From NCBI RefSeq assembly GCF_016127575.1, contig NZ_CP066019.1, positions 1,800,001-1,832,000 of the forward strand: DNA of 32,000 bases, in the 5' to 3' direction. The DNA comes from Cupriavidus necator (GTDB taxonomy: Bacteria > Pseudomonadota > Gammaproteobacteria > Burkholderiales > Burkholderiaceae). The position numbers were made by a program, and so were the translations under genes. Position 1 is the first letter of the stretch. Each line of letters starts with the position of its first letter. A model generated the notes under the pieces. That model was given only the letters and a program-made list of their open reading frames with translations. It was not told the origin of the DNA and did no database searches. Shown in pieces: positions 1-9,096 of this stretch.

Positions 1-312
1 CTGACGGTCGAGCGCGACGGCAAGCGCTACACCATGCCGCTGCAGAACTACCCCGAGCTGGCTGCCTTTATCGAAAGCATCCGCGGCACGCTGGCAGGCA
101 ACCGCCAGACGCTTGAGCGCTACTACAAGCTCGGCCTGGAAGGCCGTGCCAGCCGCTGGACGCTGACACTGACTCCGGCGGACTCGCGCATGGCCGCGGT
201 GGTCAGCCAGGTGCGCATCGACGGCAGCCAGGATGCGCTTGACCGCGTCGAGATCCGGCAGGCCGACGGCGACCGCTCGGTGATGAAGATCCGACCTGCC
301 GGCCGCCCATGA
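1..312 (+). CDS. C-terminal part of a LolA-like outer-membrane lipoprotein-carrier family protein (5' end lies outside the window)
   Basis: The frame is open from base 1 (LTVERDGKRYTMPLQNYPELAAF...) to TGA at 310-312. The stop overlaps the next start (ATGA at 309-312). The family call rests on its position upstream of an MMPL exporter, as in aryl-polyene-type clusters, not on strong motifs. Confidence 0.45.
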   Translation: MTVERDGKRYTMPLQNYPELAAFIESIRGTLAGNRQTLERYYKLGLEGRASRWTLTLTPADSRMAAVVSQVRIDGSQDALDRVEIRQADGDRSVMKIRPAGRP

Positions 313-2732
313 GCGCAGCGCCGCCCGCAACGATGCGCCCAGCGATGCGCCGGCTCGCGCTGGCACTGTGGATCTTCGCCATGCTCGCCTGCGCGGCTGT
401 GATCAGCCGCACCACCTTCACGGCCGACCTCTCGGCCTTCCTGCCGCGCCTGCCCAGCGCCGAGCAGCAATTGCTGGTGAACCAGCTGCGCGACGGGCTG
501 GTATCGCGCCTGGTCCTGGTCGGGATCGAAGGCGGCGATGCCGATGGCCGCGCCGCGGTGTCGCGTGCCATGGCGGCACAGCTGCGCGGCGACCCCCGCT
601 TCACGGCGATCCAGAACGGCGAGCCGGTCAACCAGGATGCAGACCGCCAATACGTGTTTGCGCACCGCTACCTGCTCAGCCCCGCGGTCACGCCCGAGCG
701 CTTCAGTGAACGCGGCCTGGCGCAGGCGCTGAATGAATCGTTCGAGCTGCTGGCCTCGTCCGCCGGGCTCTTCACCAAGTCGCTGCTGCCGCGCGATCCC
801 ACCGGCGAAGTGGCCGCGATGCTGGCACAGCTGGATGCCGGGCAGCGCGTGCCCATGCACGCCGGCGCCTGGGCGTCGCGCGACGGCAAGCGCGCGGTGC
901 TGCTGGCGCAGACCGCCGCCGCGGGGTCTGACACGGATGCGCAGGCACAAGCCATCGGGGCCGTGCGCGAGGCGTTTGCCAAGGCTGCGATCGCTGGCAA
1001 GTACCAGCTGGCGATGACCGGGCCGGGCGTGTTCTCCGTCAATGCACGCGACACCATCCGCCATGATGTGGAGCGCCTGTCGACCATCGGCGTGGCCATC
1101 ATCGTCACGCTGCTGCTGCTGGTCTACCGCTCGGTGCCGCTGCTGGTGCTGGGGCTGGTGCCGGTACTGAGCGGCGCGCTGGCGGGCATTGCCGCGGTCA
1201 GCCTGGGCTTCGGCGGCTCGGTGCACGGACTGACGCTGGGCTTCGGCACCACGCTGATCGGCGAGGCGGTCGACTATTCGATCTACCTGTTCGTGCAGTC
1301 CGCGCAGTACACGCGCGACGGCCGGCGCGACGAGCGCGCCTGGCTGGGCGGCTTCTGGCCGACGGTGCGCCTGGGCGTGCTGACCTCGGTCTGCGGCTTT
1401 GCCTCGCTGCTGCTGTCGGGCTTTCCGGGGCTGGCGCAGCTGGGGCTGTATTCGATTGCCGGGCTGGCGACCGCGGCGCTGGTGACGCGCTTCGTGCTGC
1501 CGCAGTTGGTGCCGGCCACGCTGCACCTGCGCGACGTGGCGCCGCTGGGCCGCCGGCTGCAGTGGCTGGCGGCGCGCGCGCACCGGCTGCGCTGGCTGGT
1601 GCTCGTGCTGGTGGTGGCAGCCGCCACGGTGCTGGCCATGCACCGCGGCACGCTGTGGGGCCGCGAGCTGCAGGCGCTGAGCCCGGTGTCGGCCAGCGAC
1701 CAGGCCCTCGATACCAGGTTGCGCGAGGATCTTGGCGCGCCCGACGTGCGCTACCTGGTGGTGCTGTCCGGGCCGGACCAGGAATCCGTGCTGCAGGGCG
1801 CGGAGCGCGTGGCCCGTGAACTGGACCCGCTGGTGGCACAGAATTTCATCGGCGGCTACGAGAGCCCGGCGCGCTACCTGCCCAGCGCGGCGACCCAGCG
1901 CGAGCGCCAGGCCAGCCTGCCGCCGCCCGACGAGCTGGCGCAGCGCCTGGGCGCCGCCATCGCCACGCAGCCGGTGCGCGCGTCACTGTTCGCGCCTTTC
2001 CTGGCGCAGGCCGAGGCCGCGCGCACCGGTGCGCTGCTGCGGCGCGAGGACTTGCGCGGCACCTCCATGGCGCTGGCTGTCGATGCGTTGCTGGCGCAGC
2101 GCGACGGGCGCTGGAGCGCCACGCTGCCGCTGCGCGCACCGGCCCAACAAAGCACCGGCGCGGCCGACGGCGTCGACACCGGCGCGGTGCGGGCCGCGGT
2201 GGCGCGGGCCGGCGTTCCCGACACGCTGTTCGTCGACCTCAAGGGCGAATCCGACCGCCTCTACACCGGCTACCTGCGCGAGGCCTTGCTGCTGTCGCTG
2301 GCCGGCCTGCTGGCGATCATCGTGCTGCTGGCCGTGGCGCTGCGCTCGGCACGGCGCGTCGTGGCCACGGTGCTGCCGCTGGCCGCGGCGGCGCTGGTGG
2401 TGCTGGGCGGGCTGGCAGCGCTCGGCCAGCCGCTGACGCTGCTGCACCTGGTGGGCCTGCTGCTGCTGATGGCCGTGGGCTCCAATTACGCGCTATTCTT
2501 CAACGGCCCCGCTGCAGGCAGCCAGGTGGCGGGCGCTTCACCGCATACGCTGGTGTCGCTGCTGCTGGCCAACCTGACCACGGTGGCCGCCTTCGGCCTG
2601 CTGGCGCTGTCGAGCCTGCCGCTGCTCAAGGCCTTCGGCCTGACAGTAGGTCCAGGGGCCGTGCTGGCCCTGTGGTTTTCGGCGATCCTGGCGCGCCCCG
2701 CGGCGCCAGACACAGCCAAGAGTGCAACATGA
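309..2732 (+). CDS. MMPL/RND-superfamily membrane exporter
   Basis: 807 aa. An N-terminal TM segment is followed by two multi-helix hydrophobic bundles (IVTLLLLVYRSVPLLVLGLVPVLSGALAGIAAV...; LLAIIVLLAVALRS...LLLLMAVGSNYALFF) separated by soluble domains. It is coupled by ATGA overlaps to both neighbours (309-312 and 2729-2732). Confidence 0.75.
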   Translation: MSAAPPATMRPAMRRLALALWIFAMLACAAVISRTTFTADLSAFLPRLPSAEQQLLVNQLRDGLVSRLVLVGIEGGDADGRAAVSRAMAAQLRGDPRFTAIQNGEPVNQDADRQYVFAHRYLLSPAVTPERFSERGLAQALNESFELLASSAGLFTKSLLPRDPTGEVAAMLAQLDAGQRVPMHAGAWASRDGKRAVLLAQTAAAGSDTDAQAQAIGAVREAFAKAAIAGKYQLAMTGPGVFSVNARDTIRHDVERLSTIGVAIIVTLLLLVYRSVPLLVLGLVPVLSGALAGIAAVSLGFGGSVHGLTLGFGTTLIGEAVDYSIYLFVQSAQYTRDGRRDERAWLGGFWPTVRLGVLTSVCGFASLLLSGFPGLAQLGLYSIAGLATAALVTRFVLPQLVPATLHLRDVAPLGRRLQWLAARAHRLRWLVLVLVVAAATVLAMHRGTLWGRELQALSPVSASDQALDTRLREDLGAPDVRYLVVLSGPDQESVLQGAERVARELDPLVAQNFIGGYESPARYLPSAATQRERQASLPPPDELAQRLGAAIATQPVRASLFAPFLAQAEAARTGALLRREDLRGTSMALAVDALLAQRDGRWSATLPLRAPAQQSTGAADGVDTGAVRAAVARAGVPDTLFVDLKGESDRLYTGYLREALLLSLAGLLAIIVLLAVALRSARRVVATVLPLAAAALVVLGGLAALGQPLTLLHLVGLLLLMAVGSNYALFFNGPAAGSQVAGASPHTLVSLLLANLTTVAAFGLLALSSLPLLKAFGLTVGPGAVLALWFSAILARPAAPDTAKSAT

Positions 2733-3577
2733 ATTCGTATCCCGCACCGCGCGTAGCCTTGCGCGGCACCTCTTACAGCCGCCCCTGGCGCCCCACCCCG
2801 CTGCTTTACGGCGCCGCCGCCGTGCACCTGGGTGCCTCCGGCGCAATGCTGGCGCACCCTGAGGCCATGGGCATGGCGCTGGCCGGCGTTGGTGCCGCCC
2901 ATGCGGCAATGTGCGCCGCCGGCCTGTGGCCGCGCAGCCACTGGCTTGGCCCCAATGTGCTGCGCCTGCCGCCCTCTGCCGATGATTGCGTGGCACTGAC
3001 ATTCGACGACGGCCCCAACCCGGCGTTGACGCCGCGCGTGCTCGACATGCTGGACCAGCACGGCGCGCGCGCGACCTTCTTCTGCGTCGGCGCGCGCGCC
3101 GCGGCGCATCCGGAACTGGTGCGCGAGATCGTCGGCCGCGGCCACGCCGTGGAGAACCACAGCATGTACCACCGGCTGCACTTCTCGGTGTTCGGTCCCG
3201 GGCGCATGCTGCGCGACATCGGTGCCGCGCAGCAGGTGCTGACCGACCTCACCGGCCAGGCGCCGCGCTTCTTCCGCGCGCCCGCGGGGCTGCGCAATCC
3301 CTTCCTTGAGCCGGTGCTGTGCCGGCTCGGGCTTCAGCTTGCGGCCTGGACCCGGCGCGGCTTCGATACCCGCTGCGGCGACCACGCGGGGCGCGTGGCG
3401 CAGCGCCTCACCGGCAAGCTCGCCGGGCGCGACATCCTGCTGCTGCACGACGGCAATCCCGGCACCGATGCCGCCGGCAATGCACATTGCACCACCGTGC
3501 TGCCGGGCCTGCTCGCTGCCATCGAACGCGCCGGCCTGCGCTGCGTCACGCTGCGCGCGGCCGTGCCGACAGCCTGA
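2729..3577 (+). CDS. NodB-type polysaccharide deacetylase family protein with an N-terminal membrane segment
   Basis: NodB motifs are present: LTFDDGPNP and ENHSMYH, followed by RAPAG and LLLHDG. I chose ATG 2729 because it overlaps the upstream stop (ATGA). The ORF-track start at 2672 would overlap the exporter by 61 nt. Confidence 0.8.
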   Translation: MNSYPAPRVALRGTSYSRPWRPTPLLYGAAAVHLGASGAMLAHPEAMGMALAGVGAAHAAMCAAGLWPRSHWLGPNVLRLPPSADDCVALTFDDGPNPALTPRVLDMLDQHGARATFFCVGARAAAHPELVREIVGRGHAVENHSMYHRLHFSVFGPGRMLRDIGAAQQVLTDLTGQAPRFFRAPAGLRNPFLEPVLCRLGLQLAAWTRRGFDTRCGDHAGRVAQRLTGKLAGRDILLLHDGNPGTDAAGNAHCTTVLPGLLAAIERAGLRCVTLRAAVPTA

Positions 3578-3590
3578 GTGAGCGGCGGCT

Positions 3591-3599
3591 TGTTACAAT
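3591..3599 (+). promoter_or_regulatory. Candidate extended -10 promoter (TGTTACAAT) ahead of the KS genes
   Basis: TGnTAcAAT lies in the 66-nt gap between the deacetylase stop (3577) and the KS start (3644). There is no convincing -35. Confidence 0.3.
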
Positions 3600-3643
3600 T
3601 GGCACAGCCTTCCGAGATTCCTTCCATTCGTTCCCCCTAAGCC

Positions 3644-4846
3644 GTGTCCCCGCTCCTGTTCTCGCATTTCACGGCCACCAGCTGCCTTGGCGCCGGTGTA
3701 GACGCCACCCTGTCGGCACTGCGTGCGCAGCGCGGCGGCCTGGCGCCCTGCCGCTTCGGCGGTGTCGAGCTCGATACCTTCGTCGGCGAAGTCCCCGGCC
3801 TGGACACCGTGGCACTGCCGCCCGCACTGGCCGAATTCGACTGCCGCAACAACCGGCTGGCGCAACTGGCGCTGGAGCAGGACGGCTTTGCCGCGCGCGT
3901 GCGCGAAGCGGCGGCGCGCTACGGCGCCCACCGGGTCGGCGTCTTCCTGGGCACCAGCACCGCGGGCGTGCTGCAGACGGAACTGGCCTATCGCCAGCGC
4001 GATCCTGCCAGCGGCGCGCTGCCGCCGGGCTTCCATTACGCCACCACCCACAACCCCTACTCGCTGCCCGCCTTCCTGCGCCAATACCTGGGACTGACCG
4101 GTCCCGCGGCTGCGGTGTCCTCGGCCTGTTCATCCGGCGCCAAGGTGTTCAGTTCGGCACGGCGCATGCTGGAGGCAGGGCTGATCGATGTGGCTGTGGT
4201 CGGCGGCGTCGATTCGCTGTGCCACACCACGCTGTACGGCTTCAATTCGCTGGAGCTGTTGTCCGACCAGCCGTGCCGGCCCTATGACGTGGCGCGCAAC
4301 GGCATCTCGATCGGCGAGGGCGCGGCATTCGGCCTGCTCGAGCGCGTGGCCGGCAGCGCGCAAGGCGATGCCATCCTGCTGGCCGGGATCGGCGAATCCA
4401 GCGATGCGCACCATATGTCGACCCCGCACCCCGACGGGCTGGGCGCGCGCCTGGCACTAGAGCAGGCACTGGCCAGCGCGGGGGTCGCGCCGGCGCAGGT
4501 CGGCTACGTCAACCTGCATGGCACCGCCACGCGCAGCAACGACGCGGCCGAGGCCATGGCCATGGCCGCGGTGCTGCCCGGCACGCCGTGCAGCTCAACC
4601 AAGGGCGCCACCGGGCATGCGCTGGGTGCCGCCGGCGCGCTCGAAGCCGTCATTTGCGCGCTGGCGCTGCGCCACGGCCTGATGCCCGGCGGCATCAACA
4701 CCACGCAGGTGGATCCGGCGCTGGACGTGAACTACCAGCTCGCCAACCGCGAGGCACCGCTGCGCTATGCGATGACCAATGCCTTCGGCTTCGGCGGATC
4801 CAACTGCAGCCTGCTGTTCGCCCGCGCGGACGCGGCTTCCCACTGA
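3644..4846 (+). CDS. Beta-ketoacyl-ACP synthase (KAS I/II type)
   Basis: 400 aa with a GTG start. Catalytic Cys context VSSACSSGAKV, the two His motifs (DAHHMSTPHPDG and NLHGTATRSND), and a C-terminal NAFGFGGSNCSLLF. Confidence 0.85.
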   Translation: MSPLLFSHFTATSCLGAGVDATLSALRAQRGGLAPCRFGGVELDTFVGEVPGLDTVALPPALAEFDCRNNRLAQLALEQDGFAARVREAAARYGAHRVGVFLGTSTAGVLQTELAYRQRDPASGALPPGFHYATTHNPYSLPAFLRQYLGLTGPAAAVSSACSSGAKVFSSARRMLEAGLIDVAVVGGVDSLCHTTLYGFNSLELLSDQPCRPYDVARNGISIGEGAAFGLLERVAGSAQGDAILLAGIGESSDAHHMSTPHPDGLGARLALEQALASAGVAPAQVGYVNLHGTATRSNDAAEAMAMAAVLPGTPCSSTKGATGHALGAAGALEAVICALALRHGLMPGGINTTQVDPALDVNYQLANREAPLRYAMTNAFGFGGSNCSLLFARADAASH

Positions 4847-4854
4847 GCATCGCC

Positions 4855-5667
4855 ATGCCGCAGCACGTGTATATCGAAAGCATCGGCCTGCTCGGCCCCG
4901 GCCTGACCGGCTGGCAGCAGGCCGCCGAAGTCCTTGCCGGCCGCGTGCCATACGCGCACGCGCCCACCGAACTGCCGCCACCCGCGGGCCTGCCGCCGGC
5001 CGAGCGTCGCCGCACCGGCCCGACCGTACGGCTGGCGCTTGGTGTCGGCCAGCAGGCCGTCGCCGCCAGCGACTGCGAAGCCGCGCAGCTGCCGACGATC
5101 TTTGCCTCGTCCAGCAGCGACGGCTTCAACTTCCATGCGATCTGCGAAGCGCTGGCCGAGCCCGAGCCGCTGATGTCGCCCACGCGCTTCCACAACTCCG
5201 TGCACAACGCCACCGCCGGCTACTGGTCGATCGCCGCGGGCGCGATGCGCACCTCCAATGTGCTGTGCGCCATGGATGGCAGTGGCAGCGCGGGCTTGCT
5301 CGAATGCGTGCTGCAGGCCGCCGCCGATGCCGAACCCTGCCTGCTGATCGCCTATGACACCGGCTACCCCGAGCCGCTGCATAGCCACCGCCCGATCCCC
5401 GATCCCTTCGGCGTGGCCCTGCTGGTCACGCCGCGGCAGAGCGCGCGTTCGCTCGCGCGCGTCGGCGTGGCGCTGAAGCAGGCGCCAGCCACGGTGATGC
5501 CGGACGCCGCGCTGGAAGCACTGCGCACGTCGGCACCGGCCGCACGCATGCTGCCGCTGCTGGCGGCCATCGCCCGCGGCGAGGCCACCACCGTGGTGCT
5601 CGATTATCTGGATACGCTGCAGCTTGCGGCCGAGGTGGAAAGCCTCGGCGGCCAGGCGGATGGCTGA
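4855..5667 (+). CDS. KS-like protein lacking the active-site Cys (chain-length-factor-like partner of the preceding KS)
   Basis: ATG at 4855 lies 8 nt after the KS stop (MPQHVYIESIGLLGPG...). FASSSSDG replaces the Cys motif. The longer ORF-track call from 4588 overlaps the KS and is rejected. Confidence 0.6.
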   Translation: MPQHVYIESIGLLGPGLTGWQQAAEVLAGRVPYAHAPTELPPPAGLPPAERRRTGPTVRLALGVGQQAVAASDCEAAQLPTIFASSSSDGFNFHAICEALAEPEPLMSPTRFHNSVHNATAGYWSIAAGAMRTSNVLCAMDGSGSAGLLECVLQAAADAEPCLLIAYDTGYPEPLHSHRPIPDPFGVALLVTPRQSARSLARVGVALKQAPATVMPDAALEALRTSAPAARMLPLLAAIARGEATTVVLDYLDTLQLAAEVESLGGQADG

Positions 5668-6148
5668 GCTGCTGAAAGACCGCGACTGGATCGCGGCACG
5701 CATTCCGCACCAGGGCACGATGTGCCTGCTCGACGGCGTGCTGGCCTGGGATCCGGCATCGGTTCGCTGCACGTCAGCCACGCATACGCGCGCGGACAAC
5801 CCGCTGCGCGCGCACGGCCGGCTGGCCGCGCTCAGCGGCATTGAATACGCGGCACAGGCCATGGCCGTGCACGGCGCATTGCTGGCGGAAGCGGAATCAG
5901 GAATGGGCGCACAGCGCCCGCGCTCGGGCTACCTGGCCAGCGTGCGCAAGCTGGTGCTCCATGTGGAGCGGCTCGACGATATCGACGCGCCGCTGCAGGT
6001 CGAGGCACAGCGCATCAGCGGTGAAGGCAGCAGCGTGCTGTATGCCTTCACCGTCAGCGCCAAGGGCCAGGCACTGCTGTCAGGCCGCGCGGCGGTCATC
6101 CTGGATGCCGCCGCAGTCGGCCAAAGCGCCGACCGCGGCGCCGGCTGA
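5660..6148 (+). CDS. Hot-dog fold (3R)-hydroxyacyl-ACP dehydratase-like protein
   Basis: MAELLKDRDWIAARIPHQGTMCLLDGV... matches the N-terminal signature of dehydratases in aryl-polyene-type clusters. The start at 5660 overlaps the upstream stop by 8 nt. Confidence 0.6.
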   Translation: MAELLKDRDWIAARIPHQGTMCLLDGVLAWDPASVRCTSATHTRADNPLRAHGRLAALSGIEYAAQAMAVHGALLAEAESGMGAQRPRSGYLASVRKLVLHVERLDDIDAPLQVEAQRISGEGSSVLYAFTVSAKGQALLSGRAAVILDAAAVGQSADRGAG

Positions 6149-6159
6149 AGCGCTTCAGC
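6144..6159. repeat. Perfect 16-bp palindrome GCTGAAGCGCTTCAGC containing both convergent stop codons
   Basis: TGA 6146-6148 (+ gene) and TCA 6155-6157 (stop of fahA on the - strand) both lie inside the palindrome. It may act as a bidirectional stem, but there is no U tract. Confidence 0.5.
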
Positions 6160-7417
6160 GCGCCGGCAGGATCTTGCCCGACACCGCGCCGAAGCCGACG
6201 CGATAGCCTTCGCCCTGGCAGTAGCCGGTCATGATCACGTCGTCGCCATCCTCCAGGAAGGCTCGGCGGCTGCCGTCGGCCAGCGTCACCGGCTCGGCGC
6301 CGTTGCGGGTCATTTCCAGCAGGCTGCCGTAGGAGTCCGGCGTGGTGCCGCTGATCGTGCCCGAGCCCATCAGGTCGCCCACGCGCACATTGCAGCCCGA
6401 CACCGTGTGGTGGGCCAGCTGCTGTGCCATGGTCCAGTACATCGCCTTGAAGTTGGTGCGGCAGATGGTGCTGGGTGCCGCTGCGCCCTGCGGCTGCAGC
6501 GCGACTTCCAGGGCGATGTCGTAGGCATTCTTGTCCTGCTGCTGCAGGTACGGCAGCGGCTGCGGCGATTGCTCGGGGTTGTCGCGGCGGAACGGCTCGA
6601 GCGCTTCCATCGTCACCACCCACGGCGAGATCGAGGTGCCGAAGCCCTTGCTGTTGAACGGCCCCAGCGGCACGTATTCCCACTGCTGGATATCGCGCGC
6701 GCTCCAGTCATTGAGCAGCACCATGCCGAACATATGCGCCGGCGCATCGGCGGTGCTGACGGGCTCGCCCAGCGCCGATTCCTTGCCGACGATAAAGCCC
6801 ATCTCCAGTTCAAAGTCCAGCTTGCGGCAGGCGCTGAAGATCGGGCGTGCCTCGTTCGGCAGCTTGATCTGGCCGTTGGGACGATGCAGCGGCGTGCCGC
6901 TCACCACCACCGAGCTGGCACGGCCGTTGTAGCCGATCGGGATTTCCAGCCAGTTCGGCAGCAGCGCATTGTCCGGGTCGCGGAACATGCGGCCGACGTT
7001 GGTGGCGTGCTCCCTGGACGAATAGAAGTCCGTGTAGCCCGGGATCTCCACCGGCAGGTGCAGCGTCGCGGCCGACATCGGCACCAGTGCCTGGTCGCGC
7101 AGGGCGGCGTTGTCGCGCAGCGCGGCGTCATCACCAGACAGCAGCGCGCCCAGGCGCTTGCGGGTTTCGCTCCACACCGGCTTGCCCAAAGCGATAAAGC
7201 GGTTCAGGCTGCTTGCGGCAAACGTGCCTTTGGCAGCGGCCGGCAGCAGGCCGGCCTCATCCAGCGCGGCGAGGTCCAGCACCTGGTCGCCGATGGCAAC
7301 GCCGACGCGCGGGGCCTGGCCCTTGGTCGAAAACACGCCATACGGCAGGTTCTGCAGCGGGAAGTGGGACTGGCCGTCGTTGGCGGAAGCGATCCAGCTG
7401 GTCTTGGGGGCGGTCAT
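6155..7417 (-). CDS. fahA: Fumarylacetoacetase (fumarylacetoacetate hydrolase)
   Basis: MTAPKTSWIASANDGQSHFPLQNLPYGVF..., DFYSSREHATNVG, PIGYNGRASSVVVSG, LDFELEMGFIVG and LLNDWSARDIQQWEYVPLGPF are FAH hallmarks. GGAG lies 8 nt upstream of ATG 7417. The 652-aa ORF-track version runs into hmgA and is rejected. Confidence 0.9.
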   Translation of the reverse strand: MTAPKTSWIASANDGQSHFPLQNLPYGVFSTKGQAPRVGVAIGDQVLDLAALDEAGLLPAAAKGTFAASSLNRFIALGKPVWSETRKRLGALLSGDDAALRDNAALRDQALVPMSAATLHLPVEIPGYTDFYSSREHATNVGRMFRDPDNALLPNWLEIPIGYNGRASSVVVSGTPLHRPNGQIKLPNEARPIFSACRKLDFELEMGFIVGKESALGEPVSTADAPAHMFGMVLLNDWSARDIQQWEYVPLGPFNSKGFGTSISPWVVTMEALEPFRRDNPEQSPQPLPYLQQQDKNAYDIALEVALQPQGAAAPSTICRTNFKAMYWTMAQQLAHHTVSGCNVRVGDLMGSGTISGTTPDSYGSLLEMTRNGAEPVTLADGSRRAFLEDGDDVIMTGYCQGEGYRVGFGAVSGKILPAR

Positions 7418-7490
7418 TGGGATACTCCGAAAATTTGGTGGCACTTGTCGCGTGCGGTGACGCATCATGCTCGACGAGCGCCGGCTCTCT

Positions 7491-7536
7491 CCGCCCGGCC
7501 CCTCTCCCGCTTGCGCGAGGGGAGAAAGCCGGGCGG
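7491..7536 (-). other. Intercistronic GC-rich stem-loop between hmgA and fahA
   Basis: CCGCCCGGC (7491-7499) pairs with GCCGGGCGG (7528-7536). An inner TCTCCC/GGGAGA pairing sits inside, separated by a small internal loop. Confidence 0.4.
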
Positions 7537-7554
7537 GCGGCCAGGCGCGCGAGA

Positions 7555-8874
7555 TCAGCGGGTGTTCGGGTTGAAGTGTTTCTTCAGGCCCTGCCAGCAC
7601 GTGTAGTAGTCCTGCTGCAGCGAGGCCGACTGCGCGGCATACGGCGTCGGGCGGATCACGCCCGGGGTCTCGAACATGAAGGCCATGGTGTCCTCGATGC
7701 GGTGCGGCTTCGAGGTATCGGCGGCGCTGGCCTTCTCGAAGGTTTCCGCATCCGGGCCGTGGCCGCTCATGCAGTTGTGCAGGCTGGCGCCGCCCGGGGC
7801 AAAGCCTTCGGCCTTGGCGTCGTAGACGCCGGTGATCAGGCCCATGAACTCGCTGGCGATATTGCGGTGGAACCAGGGCGGGCGGAACGAGTCCTGCATC
7901 GCCAGCCAGCGCGGCCCGAAGATGACGAAGTCGATGGTGTCCACGCCCGGCGTGGCCGACGGCGACTGCAGCACCAGGAAGATCGACGGATCCGGGTGGT
8001 CGAAGCTGATCGAACCGATGGTATTGAAGCGGCGCAGGTCGTACTTGTACGGGGTGTAGTTGCCATGCCAGGCCACCACGTCCAGCGGCGAGTGGCCGAT
8101 CCCGGCGCGCCACAGGTTGCCCTGGAACTTGGCCACCAGCTCGAAATCACCCTCGCGGTCTTCATAGCTGGCAACCGGCGACAGGAAGTCGCGCGGGTTG
8201 GCCAGGCCGTTGGAGCCGATCACGCCCAGGTCGGGCAGCTGGAACAAGGCGCCGTAGTTCTCGCAGATATAGCCGCGCGCCTCGCCGTCGGGCAGCTCCA
8301 CGCGGAAGCGCACGCCGCGCGGGATCACCACGATCTCCTGCGGCTCCACTTCCAGCCGGCCAAGCTCGGTCACCATCAGCAGGCGGCCCTGCTGCGGCAC
8401 GATCAGCATCTCGCCGTCGGCGTTGTAGAAGAACCGGTCCTGCATCGACTGGTTGGCCAGGTACAGGTGGATGCCGCAGCCGGTCATGGCCTCGGGGCCG
8501 CCATTGCCGGCCATGGTGACGATGCCGTCGACAAAGTCGGTCGGCACCGACGGCATTGCCGGCGGGCTCCAGCGCATCTGGTTGGGCGACGGCGGCACCT
8601 GGTCGAAACGGCTCAGGAAACGCGACTGCTCGATCTGCGTGAACGGCGTATGCATCGCGGCCGGGCGAATGCGGTACAGCCACGAGCGCCGGTTGTGCGC
8701 GCGCGGCGCGGTGAAGGCCGTGCCGGACAGCTGCTCGGCGTACAGGCCGTAGGGCGCGCACTGCGGCGAGTTCCTTCCTACAGGCAGCGCACCGGGCAGC
8801 GCCTCGGTGGCGAATTCATTGGCGAAGCCGGACATATAGCCGTGCTCGGCGAGCTGGGTGTGCGTGAGTGTCAT
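7555..8874 (-). CDS. hmgA: Homogentisate 1,2-dioxygenase
   Basis: 439 aa. [40 protein letters not shown] and [11 protein letters not shown], with full-length collinearity to HGD. Confidence 0.95.
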   Translation of the reverse strand: MTLTHTQLAEHGYMSGFANEFATEALPGALPVGRNSPQCAPYGLYAEQLSGTAFTAPRAHNRRSWLYRIRPAAMHTPFTQIEQSRFLSRFDQVPPSPNQMRWSPPAMPSVPTDFVDGIVTMAGNGGPEAMTGCGIHLYLANQSMQDRFFYNADGEMLIVPQQGRLLMVTELGRLEVEPQEIVVIPRGVRFRVELPDGEARGYICENYGALFQLPDLGVIGSNGLANPRDFLSPVASYEDREGDFELVAKFQGNLWRAGIGHSPLDVVAWHGNYTPYKYDLRRFNTIGSISFDHPDPSIFLVLQSPSATPGVDTIDFVIFGPRWLAMQDSFRPPWFHRNIASEFMGLITGVYDAKAEGFAPGGASLHNCMSGHGPDAETFEKASAADTSKPHRIEDTMAFMFETPGVIRPTPYAAQSASLQQDYYTCWQGLKKHFNPNTR

Positions 8875-8990
8875 GGTGTCGTCAGCGTTCCTGGGTCTCA
8901 GTCCATCTGGCGCTGCGCTGGCGCCTGGCGGCCTCTGCTGGGAGTGCCTGCCGGTCCGTATTCAGTCTGTGCGCGGTGCACGGAGCATGA

Positions 8991-9026
8991 ATTACGTAAT
9001 GCGTAATGAATTTACCATATCGTAAT
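8991..9026 (-). promoter_or_regulatory. CGTAAT repeat cluster and ATTACGTAAT palindrome (candidate operator) in the hmgA leader and -10 region
   Basis: ATTACGTAAT at 8991-9000 is a perfect 10-bp palindrome. Further CGTAAT copies lie at 9002-9007 and 9021-9026, and the last one overlaps the predicted -10. Confidence 0.35.
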
Positions 9027-9047
9027 AGCCAACTTCGGACGTGTCAA
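9019..9047 (-). promoter_or_regulatory. Predicted sigma70 promoter of hmgA-fahA
   Basis: On the minus strand: TTGACA (9047-9042), 17-nt spacer, TACGAT (9024-9019). This implies a leader of about 135 nt. Confidence 0.45.
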
Positions 9048-9096
9048 ACGGCACCGCTGACGCATGCGTCGAACGCCGCTTGCATTGCAGTTGTAG

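Noticed and set aside
3599-3614. TTGGCACAGCCTTCCG resembling a -24/-12 promoter upstream of the KS gene
   Set aside because: The GC dinucleotide is not at the required distance from GG, so only the -24 half matches.
6155-8113. N-terminally extended ORF-track versions of real genes (fahA 652 aa; also 12710-14524, 19676-21601, 4588-5667, 9996-10712 and 2672-3577)
   Set aside because: The extensions overlap upstream genes or promoters and look like low-complexity sequence. Internal starts give family-typical N-termini with Shine-Dalgarno sequences or 4-nt coupling overlaps.
9049-9064. Sigma54-like element cGGCACcgctgacGCa with correct GG/GC spacing
   Set aside because: It lacks the conserved TT before GC. 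It also points along the + strand, where no gene follows, since both the XRE gene and hmgA are on the minus strand.
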